From a virus, in the IMG/VR virus record IMGVR_UViG_3300035034_001869, positions 7,929-71,928 of that record: 64,000 nucleotides of DNA; one strand, 5' to 3'. Positions 35,846 to 44,940 of this stretch are shown in pieces (the first letter of the stretch is position 1; the number at the start of each line of letters is the position of its first letter). The translations under genes and the position numbers were made by a program. Under the pieces are notes generated by a model. That model did not search any database. It was not told the origin of the DNA and worked only from the letters and a program-made list of their open reading frames with translations.

Positions 35846-36208
35846 TTATTTTTCCCATATAAATGCAGGTTTGAATCTTGCAAAAGAAACACCGTTGACA
35901 TATATCCAAACTCTTCCATCATCGGCAATTTGAATACCAAAATCACAATCACTTGTAAGTTTAGGGAGATTGTCAATTATCAATGACCCTCTTACATGTG
36001 TTTCTGGCATCTCAGACATCCCAGTTTTTTTCTTCCCGACAAATTGTTTTAGGCACTCAGGCATTTCTAATTTGTGAGCTATAAATAATTCAACTAGATC
36101 TTCAGGCGAAGCATCAGAACAGGATGGTTCCCCATTAGCAATTGATTCCACCTCGTACATCATTTTAACATCATATAACAGGTCGAATTCGTATGGTAAT
36201 TCTCTCAT
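35846..36208 (-). CDS. Hypothetical protein
   Basis: GGGAG RBS. Confidence 0.6.
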   Translation of the reverse strand: MRELPYEFDLLYDVKMMYEVESIANGEPSCSDASPEDLVELFIAHKLEMPECLKQFVGKKKTGMSEMPETHVRGSLIIDNLPKLTSDCDFGIQIADDGRVWIYVNGVSFARFKPAFIWEK

Positions 36209-36520
36209 TTTACTTATCTCCCTTTTTTATATTATGTAAAATTCTCTAGTTGATGCCATTTTAAATCTCCTACGTAAAAAGTTTTACGAATTGATCCAAT
36301 ATCAACATAACAAATATTGTTCCCCACAACACTATTATCATAAAAATAAGGTATTTCATTTCATTCTCCTTTATAAATTTAATCCAGCAGACTTGATAAA
36401 TGCCATTATTCCCCGCTTAGACTTGTTATTGCTAAGGTGGCCAGTCCTCTTTATCCGGTCAAGTCCTTTATTTCCGCTGGCTGTACAAAGTCTATTTTGC
36501 GGCAGGACTGGATTTATTTT

Positions 36521-36946
36521 TTATCTGTTATTTGTCAAGGTGGGTGGATCATAATCAGGAATGATTTCCTCATAAGATAACCCTTCCCAATAAGACTCAC
36601 CGAACACCTTTGAAGGGCCATAGTAATTGTATATATCAAATATTCTTTGTGGCAGGGTTGATTCCATGATATCGCATCCAAGAAAGTTTTTCATATCTAT
36701 CCAATTAACCCAACCATACCTCTCTTTGAAATTAATATCTTTTTGAATGGAACAAAAATCAAATTTGGTATAATAGGATATTCCAGAATCAATTTCATCC
36801 TTTTCATCTGATCCACTGTGAAAACCATAATAAAACAGGAATTCATCCTCTGTTTCAATCCAGGCCATCCCATATTCCTTCAGAGATATTTCAATATCAT
36901 CATCAGTTCCTTCCAGTTTTGCATGGTCGTATTCTTGTCTTTTCAT
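36521..36946 (-). CDS. Hypothetical protein
   Basis: GTAGGAGGT RBS. Confidence 0.65.
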   Translation of the reverse strand: MKRQEYDHAKLEGTDDDIEISLKEYGMAWIETEDEFLFYYGFHSGSDEKDEIDSGISYYTKFDFCSIQKDINFKERYGWVNWIDMKNFLGCDIMESTLPQRIFDIYNYYGPSKVFGESYWEGLSYEEIIPDYDPPTLTNNR

Positions 36947-37105
36947 CTTTACCTCCTACAGTAAATTAAATTTTGTGCAAAATATCATTCTAAAAGCAAT
37001 CAATATTTCAAAATACGCTTGTTTTTGCGCTGTTTTAACGCTGTTTTAATGTTTGTAAGTAGTACGATATCATTTTTTAGTTTATAGCTCTTAAATAAGC
37101 AATTT

Positions 37106-37441
37106 TTAAAGTCTCTGGTTTGATACTTCGTCCAGAACATCCAGCACCAATTTTTTAAATTTATTTTTTCCCATTTCATAATAGGAAGCACCACTGGCCC
37201 CGCCATCTCCGAGTAACCTGTTCCAGACATATCCTTCCCAATCTTCTGGAGTATTTTCCAGGATCATTTCCTTAATTTCTGCTTTTACCTCAGCAATATT
37301 TACCTGTGGTTTTATCATGACAACCATCATTGTGGTAGGATTATTAAATAAAGCCTCAGCACCTTTGTCGAATGCTTCCCAATATTCCAGATCACCCTTT
37401 GCCACAATTCTTGCACCGTCATCCATAATCAATTCATACAT
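37106..37441 (-). CDS. Hypothetical protein
   Basis: AGGAG RBS. Confidence 0.6.
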   Translation of the reverse strand: MYELIMDDGARIVAKGDLEYWEAFDKGAEALFNNPTTMMVVMIKPQVNIAEVKAEIKEMILENTPEDWEGYVWNRLLGDGGASGASYYEMGKNKFKKLVLDVLDEVSNQRL

Positions 37442-37525
37442 TTTTGGATCTCCTATTTTGAGTTATAAAATTAAAACCTTATTCGGGGGCACCATTCTCC
37501 AATGATGCCAAACCCTGATAATGAA

Positions 37526-37819
37526 TTAATAATATTCTACTCTGGAATAATCCACTCCTTCAAATCGTTCCGGCATTTCCAACATTTCCCCGTTTTCATC
37601 CACATTAATTCCGTAAGTGGTACCCTCTTTGCTGTTTTCCATATCATGCGGATAAAGGGGACGGAATCCATTATAATTATTTGTATCCATTAGGATACTT
37701 TCCAGGAAAGTACCCATTATTAATCGTTCCTCTTTTTGGAAGTCCTGACTATTTAGGAGAAAATCATTTACTCTTTTTTTCACATTATTTATTTGAATGG
37801 TTTTTCGTTTTCTGGACAT
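37526..37819 (-). CDS. Hypothetical protein
   Basis: Start at MSRKRK, within the duplicated hairpin-RBS cassette. Confidence 0.65.
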   Translation of the reverse strand: MSRKRKTIQINNVKKRVNDFLLNSQDFQKEERLIMGTFLESILMDTNNYNGFRPLYPHDMENSKEGTTYGINVDENGEMLEMPERFEGVDYSRVEYY

Positions 37820-37867
37820 TTTTGACTCCTTTTTGGGGGTTGTTTCCAACCCCCTTTTTTCAGTTTT
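37817..37867 (-). repeat. 51-bp intergenic cassette, copy 1 (hairpin + RBS + ATG)
   Basis: Identical to 39449-39499. Confidence 0.85.
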
Positions 37868-37868
37868 G

Positions 37869-38780
37869 TTAAGCGGCAATGGAAAGGAAATCGTCAAAGG
37901 TCTGGGTCAATTTTGCGCCCTTGTCAATTTTTACGGATTCCAGGGAATCCGAATCGGTTAGTCTTTGAGAAAAGGCACTATACATATTCCAGGCATTCAA
38001 TTTATTTCCTTGGAGTAGTGTTTGGACGGAGGTGTTTTCTCCTCTTAAAGTCAACCCCAATATTTCATCCTGTACTCTGGGACCACTTTCCAGCATTGTG
38101 AACACCTTTTCAAGGTCTGGAACAGCCATTTTCTTTTCGGCATATTTTGACCACATTCCAATGGCCTTCAAATTTTCTTCCATATTATCAAAGAATACGT
38201 TAACCTGGTCGCTTAGGTTCAAAGTCCCTTTATGGAGTTTTCTGATATTGATTTGATCAAACCTGGAATCCGGGGCCATCATGCCATTGGTACATATTTG
38301 CCGCATCACCTGGGAAAGCATTCTGTATACTTTGGAAGTATCGGCACTATTTTGTAGGGTTGCCATGAAAGTCAATTTATCACCTGGCAATATTTCAATA
38401 TCCTTTTCAGAATGAAATTTGGCCCATATTCTTCCACCGTCTGGACTGGTATTGATATCCACTTTATTTAATCCAAATTCGGCAGGGATATGATCCAAGG
38501 TGGTGTTTATAGCATCCAGGTGCTGGACAAGATTATATTGACTGGAAACGGTCCGCAACCCTTCAACCCGGCCATCAGGGAAAATAGCAATATTATGAAT
38601 GCCGTTTCCCTGGAATAGATCATTTTCATCCTGACATAATGCTTTTAAGGTATCTTTATCCACTCCCACGAGATCAAACAAGGGCCTGCCCTGCACAATA
38701 TAAGGAACCTCTTCCAGCCCCGTTATTTTAGCACCCATTTTCTCCGCTTTTGTCTTAATTTCAGTTCTTACATTTTCCAT
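37869..38780 (-). CDS. DUF932/DUF945-like protein
   Basis: VSSQYNLVQH, LQNSAD, RQICTNGM, RKLHKG and NAWNMYSAF motifs. Confidence 0.8.
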   Translation of the reverse strand: MENVRTEIKTKAEKMGAKITGLEEVPYIVQGRPLFDLVGVDKDTLKALCQDENDLFQGNGIHNIAIFPDGRVEGLRTVSSQYNLVQHLDAINTTLDHIPAEFGLNKVDINTSPDGGRIWAKFHSEKDIEILPGDKLTFMATLQNSADTSKVYRMLSQVMRQICTNGMMAPDSRFDQINIRKLHKGTLNLSDQVNVFFDNMEENLKAIGMWSKYAEKKMAVPDLEKVFTMLESGPRVQDEILGLTLRGENTSVQTLLQGNKLNAWNMYSAFSQRLTDSDSLESVKIDKGAKLTQTFDDFLSIAA

Positions 38781-38821
38781 GGTAACCTCCTACGGTCATT
38801 TAGATTAATACTGCATAAAAT

Positions 38822-38850
38822 AAAATACTAATTAATTTTCATTATGTCAA
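38822..38850 (-). promoter_or_regulatory. Sigma70-type early promoter
   Basis: TTGACA-17 nt-TATTTT. Confidence 0.6.
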
Positions 38851-39211
38851 TTTAATTTTTTATTAATTTTTAGGAGTATTTTTCAACCCCCTTTTCCTAA
38901 TTTAATCGGCTATTCTTTTAATGGATTTTTCCAGCCTGGCAAAAAAGACAACTCTTTCCTCTGGACTCATTTTCTTGGCTATTTTTATAATTTCTTTTAA
39001 AGTCATTTTTGGACCCCCCTTTTTTTCATTTTACCAACCCATTAACCAAACCCGGATTTGAATTTCAATATATTTCAGGCAAAATTCCCAAAACCCCATA
39101 TCCTGATATATCATATTGGAGGATGTTTCATCCACGTAAATGGAACCCATTGTTCCAACCATTATTATCAGACAACAAACAAAAAATAATATTGCCATTT
39201 TTAACCCCCCT

Positions 39212-39451
39212 TTATAACCATTTATTAACTTCCGCCCAGGCGGATACAATATAAGACCCACCACTTTTCGGATAGGTAATAAATGTGGAATACCTGACTT
39301 TGCTATAATCAAGACCGGATCTTTCCACAAAGTTATTCAGCCAGGCTTGCGGAAGGGCTGTATCAAAAGCACAGTCAATTCCTATTTTTTCAGCCAGTTT
39401 ATCTTTTTGCAGATCTATTGCCAAAATCTCTTCCCATGTATATTTATCCAT
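39212..39451 (-). CDS. Hypothetical protein
   Basis: Start at MDKYTW, within the duplicated cassette. Confidence 0.6.
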   Translation of the reverse strand: MDKYTWEEILAIDLQKDKLAEKIGIDCAFDTALPQAWLNNFVERSGLDYSKVRYSTFITYPKSGGSYIVSAWAEVNKWL

Positions 39452-39499
39452 TTTTGACTCCTTTTTGGGGGTTGTTTCCAACCCCCTTTTTTCAGTTTT
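39449..39499 (-). repeat. 51-bp intergenic cassette, copy 2
   Basis: Identical to 37817-37867. Confidence 0.85.
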
Positions 39500-40187
39500 A
39501 TTCCCCGATTGCAAAATTCAATGGAGCCGTTTCCCCTGCCCGGATACCGGCGTTTCTGGTTTTGGAATCTTTGGGCATATTCCTTTTACTTGCCCGTCTG
39601 GATGTAAGGTTTGGATACATTTCCGCAACCGCTTCTTGAATTTCTTTTTCCTTTTGAATAACCAATGCTGTACAACCAGAATCTTCATGGATTGTGGTAT
39701 CCATTTGGGCCTTCAATTCGAATGCCCGGTTCCATACTACGCTGGCCGCCACATTGCCTAATTGTTCTCGTTTCCCGGAATAGGTTTTTTGGGGCCAGGT
39801 TCCCAAGGATTCTTTTTCTATATGGTGGCAAACTACCTCGATAAAATACAAGGTGGTTTCTACGTCTGAAAAAGTCCCGATAATATCCCACTGTTTTCCA
39901 TCCACCGTATGGCGTGTAATTCCTTGACAGTCAAAGGTGTGGCAAAAAATTCCCACAATTTGATCAACCCATTGGGGTACTTTCCCACGGTCCGCCGAAA
40001 ATTCAAATTGATCCAAAATAAAATTATCGGTTTCAAGATCCACTTCCGACTCTTTGATCCTATATTTTGCCATCATCCTGGCGGCATGTTTTTTGAAAGT
40101 ATCCCCTTCCGGGGTTCCTTCCTGGTCTTTGGCCTGGATCAAAATTTTGGCAATTTTGTCAATTATTTTTTGTTTGTCTTCCTTCAT
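39498..40187 (-). CDS. DUF2786-domain protein
   Basis: KIIDKIAKIL...TPEG...AARMMAKYRI N-terminus; C-terminal AGIRAGE. Confidence 0.8.
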   Translation of the reverse strand: MKEDKQKIIDKIAKILIQAKDQEGTPEGDTFKKHAARMMAKYRIKESEVDLETDNFILDQFEFSADRGKVPQWVDQIVGIFCHTFDCQGITRHTVDGKQWDIIGTFSDVETTLYFIEVVCHHIEKESLGTWPQKTYSGKREQLGNVAASVVWNRAFELKAQMDTTIHEDSGCTALVIQKEKEIQEAVAEMYPNLTSRRASKRNMPKDSKTRNAGIRAGETAPLNFAIGE

Positions 40188-40293
40188 GGATAAACCTCCT
40201 ACGGTTTTTAGGGTTCCAATTTCATCCTTATGGAATCATCAGTCCTGGAAAAATACCAGAATATTGGATGGGGGTTTTTCAACCCCCTTTTTT

Positions 40294-40530
40294 TCATTTT
40301 GGATTATTCCAGGCCCTTTCTGAAAAAAGTCCAGAATGGATCTTTTCAATATCGACTTGTTTTATTTCCAAATCGGATTCTCCACCGTACAATTTTTGGG
40401 TATGTTTCCGGAATGCCACATTGGCTTTTTCCGATGCCATATCCTCATTTTTTGCCGGAAAAATAAATACAGTGATTATTCCATACCCATTCGGGTCCAC
40501 CCATTTTATTTGAATTGAATATCTATCCAT
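40294..40530 (-). CDS. Hypothetical protein
   Basis: AGGGGG RBS. Confidence 0.55.
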   Translation of the reverse strand: MDRYSIQIKWVDPNGYGIITVFIFPAKNEDMASEKANVAFRKHTQKLYGGESDLEIKQVDIEKIHSGLFSERAWNNPK

Positions 40531-40532
40531 TT

Positions 40533-40754
40533 TTACCCCCTTTTACAAAATTGTTTAAATTGCCCGTTTGGCAATTTCAATCTGATTATTTCCTTCCTGC
40601 CCACCTGATATAATCCGGCAGGAAATAAATTATTATCAGCTTTATATTTTATCCATTCTTCCATAGTTCCAATAAATTCCCACCCGAATGCCCCAAGTGG
40701 ATCTTTTTTAATTCTTGTTAATTTCATAACTCCTCCAAATAAGCATTTTTGCAC
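40533..40754 (-). CDS. Hypothetical protein
   Basis: GGAGGAG RBS before MKLTR; the true start is probably internal. Confidence 0.55.
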   Translation of the reverse strand: MQKCLFGGVMKLTRIKKDPLGAFGWEFIGTMEEWIKYKADNNLFPAGLYQVGRKEIIRLKLPNGQFKQFCKRG

Positions 40755-40859
40755 TTTTAAAGCATTTTAAAAACAATCTGATACTGTGCATCTAAAATGT
40801 TTTAAAAGTAAGTCAATCCCGTCAAAAACAGCCCAGGATTGACTTATTTTCTATTTCAT

Positions 40860-41444
40860 CTATGAAATTTTGTTCATTGCCTGATATGCAGTAAAAACAT
40901 ATTGGACGGATCTTCCCACCAAAGTCTCCGTTTTATTTTCAACGTCGGCTACGTATTTTTTCAATTCTTTAAAGGTGACGATACCAGATCCAATTCCTTG
41001 GGCGGCATGATGATAGGCCCCTTTTCCTGTACCAGAACCATTCAAATTTTTAATTGCCAGGCTAATACCACCCACCAAAGTCTTCCAACCACCTTCACCT
41101 CTTGCCGAACCCTCTGCCATTTTTTCAATTACTGCCTTTCTGGAAAGTAAAGGATTTTCAAGGATGAAATAAACACAATCCTCCATATCATTATTTTTCA
41201 CCCGTTTGGTTGCATTTTTTGCTTTTTCCTTTTGTTCAATCTTGCCGTTTTTTGCTTCGGTCAATGCAACACAAACTGAATGCAATTTTACAGAATTTTT
41301 CTGGCATTTTTTACAATTTTCAGAACCGTCAAGAAATTCCGATACACAAGTTTTTTTAGTATTTACGGAAATTTCTTCGCCTTCAATTTTAGCAGAATAA
41401 TTTTTTGTCGGTTTTGTGGTTTTTCTTGTAATTTTTTTTGTCAT
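40860..41444 (-). CDS. Hypothetical basic early protein
   Basis: GGGAG RBS before MTKK. Confidence 0.7.
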   Translation of the reverse strand: MTKKITRKTTKPTKNYSAKIEGEEISVNTKKTCVSEFLDGSENCKKCQKNSVKLHSVCVALTEAKNGKIEQKEKAKNATKRVKNNDMEDCVYFILENPLLSRKAVIEKMAEGSARGEGGWKTLVGGISLAIKNLNGSGTGKGAYHHAAQGIGSGIVTFKELKKYVADVENKTETLVGRSVQYVFTAYQAMNKIS

Positions 41445-41509
41445 GACAATTTCTCCCATTTAATTGTTTTTAATCTGATTTATTTCAGATTATTTTAATT
41501 TTGCTTTTT

Positions 41510-41737
41510 TTACTTTATTGCCTTTTTAATTGTTTCGATTAAATTTTCTATCTTACAAAATTTTATTTTATAAATTTCATAATCTGCATTTTCAAATTCA
41601 ACCCATATTTTATCATTCATTGAAATAACCCAGCAATTTTTTTTGTCATAACATGAAATTGCTAAAATTTCAGAATCATTTGTAATTTCAAAATTAATCC
41701 CTGATTTTTTTATTGCCTTTTTAATTTTATTTTTCAT
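41510..41737 (-). CDS. Hypothetical protein
   Basis: ORF; start uncertain. Confidence 0.5.
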   Translation of the reverse strand: MKNKIKKAIKKSGINFEITNDSEILAISCYDKKNCWVISMNDKIWVEFENADYEIYKIKFCKIENLIETIKKAIK

Positions 41738-42439
41738 TTTATAATCCCAAAGTATTGAACCATTGAATTGCATAAAACCCAAACATGCCCCAGACTGCTA
41801 CAATAAAAAATATTTTACTCATTTTTTACTCCTTTAAATTAATAAAAATTAAATTTCTTATTTTTGGACTTATTCAAAAATTTACCCTTTCAAATAAGCC
41901 CAAAATAAAAAATCTATTTTTTTCAAGATAAACAATCTTTTCAATTTTAAAATTTTATAGTAAAAAACTTTATCGTTTCAATTTTTTACCCCTTACAATA
42001 AAATTTCTACCCTCTGGCAAAATGCTTAATTCTATCGACTTGATAATTTAAACTTGCCTATAAAAACTGTATCAAGATTTTACTTTTTTTACTCGTGTAG
42101 AAAATTTGTCAAAACGTTTTATATTTTGTCGGTTCGTTTTAGTCTTTCGATTGATACTTTTAAAAACTATGCTATTTTCAAAGGAAAAGGACTTAGTTGT
42201 TTTTGGCTTGCCCTTTTAACGCAATAGCTTAGCGTATTTTACAAACTTTCAAAATTTATATTCTGCATATTTTGACCGCTACTTTTTTACATTTTCAAAA
42301 AAACAAATTTTCAAAGATCGTCTTAATTGGAGCGGGTTTCAGCATTTTTGGCGCTTGTGCTTGCCTTGCATTTTTGGCAAATTGTTCTTGCCCCCGTTCG
42401 CTTATATTAAGAATGAAAAAGATCATTTACTTCAGGTAA

Positions 42440-42468
42440 ACAATAAAGGTTTAAAACAAGTCTGTCAA
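42440..42468 (-). promoter_or_regulatory. Leftward early promoter
   Basis: TTGACA-17 nt-TATTGT. Confidence 0.65.
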
Positions 42469-42483
42469 CAATTATTTTTGCTT

Positions 42484-43700
42484 GTAACTATCTGATTTTA
42501 TTAAACATTTTTAATGAATATCATTCATTTAAGTAACATATTGATTTTATTGCATAATTTAACATAAATAAAATTAAAATAAATTAAAATAATTTACGTT
42601 TATTAATTGAATGTAATTTTTATTAATTTGTAAAAACATAAGACGATAATAAAAATTAATTAAAAATATACTGAAGGCACGCCCGCACGTATTGCAAAAA
42701 CTATGCCCAGCCTGACCAACAAATTAAAATAAATTAATCAAAAAAAGGACCTAAAAAACCGACCTAAAAAATGAACCATATTTATTTATAGAATTAAAAT
42801 TAATTAATAAAAATTAATTCATTAAATGAACCATATTTATTTATAGAATTAAAATTAATTAATAAAAATTAATTCAGTAAATGAATTGAATTCAGCAAAA
42901 TGGTTTGGCAATTACGCCCTATAAATTTTAGTGTTTGGTGACCTAACGCAATGCGTCATCTCTTTGGTAACCAAAGAAAAATGAATGACCAAAAGAAAAT
43001 GAACCATATTTAGTAAAATGAATACAAACTATAAAATACGTAACCTATTGATTTTATTACAAGTAGTGTTTAAAAGCGTTTTTTGTGCGTTTTAAGAGCT
43101 ATAGGACAAGGGTGTTTATACTGCTATGTAAAAAGTCTGTATCTTAAAATTCGCTTTTTATTGAATAAAATCAAGTACTTACAAGCACTAAAAAAAGCAA
43201 TATGAACACGTATAATTAAATGAATACGGTTCATTTTATATTGAACAAAAACACTAAATACAATTCATTATATAAAGTATATTCATTCAGTGAATAAGGT
43301 TCATTATTATTTTCTGTGCCACGAATGAATTCAATTCATTTACTGTATGACAAATTTTGTCCTAATGACAATTATTGGTTGTGCACCACCACATAATATG
43401 AATTAAAATTAATTAATAAAGATTAATTATATAATGAACCATAATTATTATATAAATATAATTTATTAACTGAATGAGGTTCAGTGGATGAATATCATAT
43501 ATTAAATGAATGCGCTTCATTGAATAAATTTGGATTATTAAATTAATGCCATTTATTTTCTGAACCCCCTTTTTTAAATGAACGGGGTGCACCTTTTCCA
43601 CCACATTCATTTTTCTGAAAAAGCGGTATTACCTGTATTATCTATCAAACTATTAACATTCATTTTTCTGAAAAAGCGGTATTAATCGGTATTAATCGGT
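42484..43700. repeat. AT-rich repeat region at the strand switch (putative origin / packaging or terminus region)
   Basis: 55-bp tandem repeat (42769-42876); many AATGAA-N5-TTCATT palindromes; four GTAA-N4-YTGATTTTATT motifs; duplicated ACATTCATTTTTCTGAAAAAGCGGTATTA. Confidence 0.7.
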
Positions 43701-43827
43701 ATTATCTTATAAATCTATCTTATATAAAATCAAAACAAAACATCAAAATCCACAGAAAACCGAATACTCAAATATTTTTTAAAAACTTATATCGTATTAT
43801 TTTCGTACTATTATTTCACTTACACTA

Positions 43828-43856
43828 TTGACAACCGTATTACAATTTCTTATTAT
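43828..43856 (+). promoter_or_regulatory. Rightward sigma70 promoter (leaderless transcript)
   Basis: TTGACA-17 nt-TATTAT; the ATG lies 7 nt after the -10 box. Confidence 0.7.
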
Positions 43857-43862
43857 CATTAA

Positions 43863-44159
43863 ATGGAAACTTTAACCAAAACTAATTTGACAGGCTCTTT
43901 AAGAATCTCAATCAGGATTTCTTCTACTGTTACATCATTATCAATCAAGAAGAATCTTATAGCATTATGGATTCTGTTATCTGAGGAAGACCCCAAACAA
44001 ACAAAAGATTTAATAACAGAGTTTGTTTATACTTGTTTAGATAAATGGGACAAAGAGACGGCAAAGGGTTTTTCTGATTTTGTTTCTGAGAAGTTAATTC
44101 AGAACATGTTAGAGAAAGAGGATTACCGAGATTACAGACGGATCTTGAAAACGATATGA
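43863..44159 (+). CDS. Hypothetical protein (possibly RHH-like DNA binding)
   Basis: First ORF of the rightward arm. Confidence 0.7.
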   Translation: METLTKTNLTGSLRISIRISSTVTSLSIKKNLIALWILLSEEDPKQTKDLITEFVYTCLDKWDKETAKGFSDFVSEKLIQNMLEKEDYRDYRRILKTI

Positions 44160-44223
44160 AAGCTGTTAAAGACAGATTTAAGACGATTTAAGACACGTTT
44201 AGACAAAACAAATAGAGACACTT

Positions 44224-44940
44224 ATGAGAAAGCTTAAAAGACGCAAAAAAGAGACTGTAAGAGAGCTAAGAGAGCAGAAAGACGAAAAGAAAGACAGAAT
44301 TGTTCTTGTTAAGAGCAGAAACAGTCAAAAAAAGAAATCAGACAAAGAAAAACTGCCAATAATTGTTAAAAGAAAGATAAAGAAAAAATACAAAAAACAA
44401 AGGTGCAGTTTTGTTGGAATGACCAGTAGAGAATCAACAGAAATATCACAATGCAAGAATTTAGCAGTAGGAAAAGGAACATTGTGTAAAAAACATGGTG
44501 GAGATCCAGTTATAAAAGAGAATTTAATATCCACGACCATGGCAAAGTATCTTGATTTTCCGAATGCTAAATTTGAAGCTTCTGTTCATCCAATTCAATA
44601 TATTCAAATGAGCAGAGAGGGTTCGAGTGAAGTAGAGATAGCGGCTCAGTTTGAAGTATCAGTGGACACCCTGAGAAAATGGGCAGAAAAATATGAATCT
44701 TTTAATACTGCTTATGAAGTTGGACAAGCGATGCATGAAGCATGGTGGATACGAGAAGGAAAGAGTAATTTGAATGAGAGATCATTTAATACATCGTTAT
44801 TTAAGTTTTTGACCATGAACAAAGTAGGATATTCTGATAAAATAGAGCAAAAGAGTATGAATATGAATGTTCATGGTGTATTGGTGATTCCTGATAAAGT
44901 AACTGCTGAAGAATGGGAAGAAGAGGTGGTAGATGTTTAA
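44224..44940 (+). CDS. terS: Terminase small subunit
   Basis: HTH GSSEVEIAAQFEVSVDTLRKWAEKYESF, AWW and FNTSLFKFLTMNKVGYSDK; upstream of TerL. Confidence 0.75.
   Translation: MRKLKRRKKETVRELREQKDEKKDRIVLVKSRNSQKKKSDKEKLPIIVKRKIKKKYKKQRCSFVGMTSRESTEISQCKNLAVGKGTLCKKHGGDPVIKENLISTTMAKYLDFPNAKFEASVHPIQYIQMSREGSSEVEIAAQFEVSVDTLRKWAEKYESFNTAYEVGQAMHEAWWIREGKSNLNERSFNTSLFKFLTMNKVGYSDKIEQKSMNMNVHGVLVIPDKVTAEEWEEEVVDV

Noticed and set aside
37820-37897. Shared N-terminal peptide NKTEKRGLETTPKKESKM in two ORFs
   Set aside because: Artefact of ORF extension through the duplicated non-coding cassette; the real starts are 37819 and 39451.
42769-42876. CRISPR array
   Set aside because: This is a head-to-tail 55-bp duplication without unique spacers. 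The palindrome array is irregularly spaced, and no cas genes are present.
43413-43610. 65-aa ORF in the repeat region
   Set aside because: Low-complexity translation of AT-rich repeats with no RBS.
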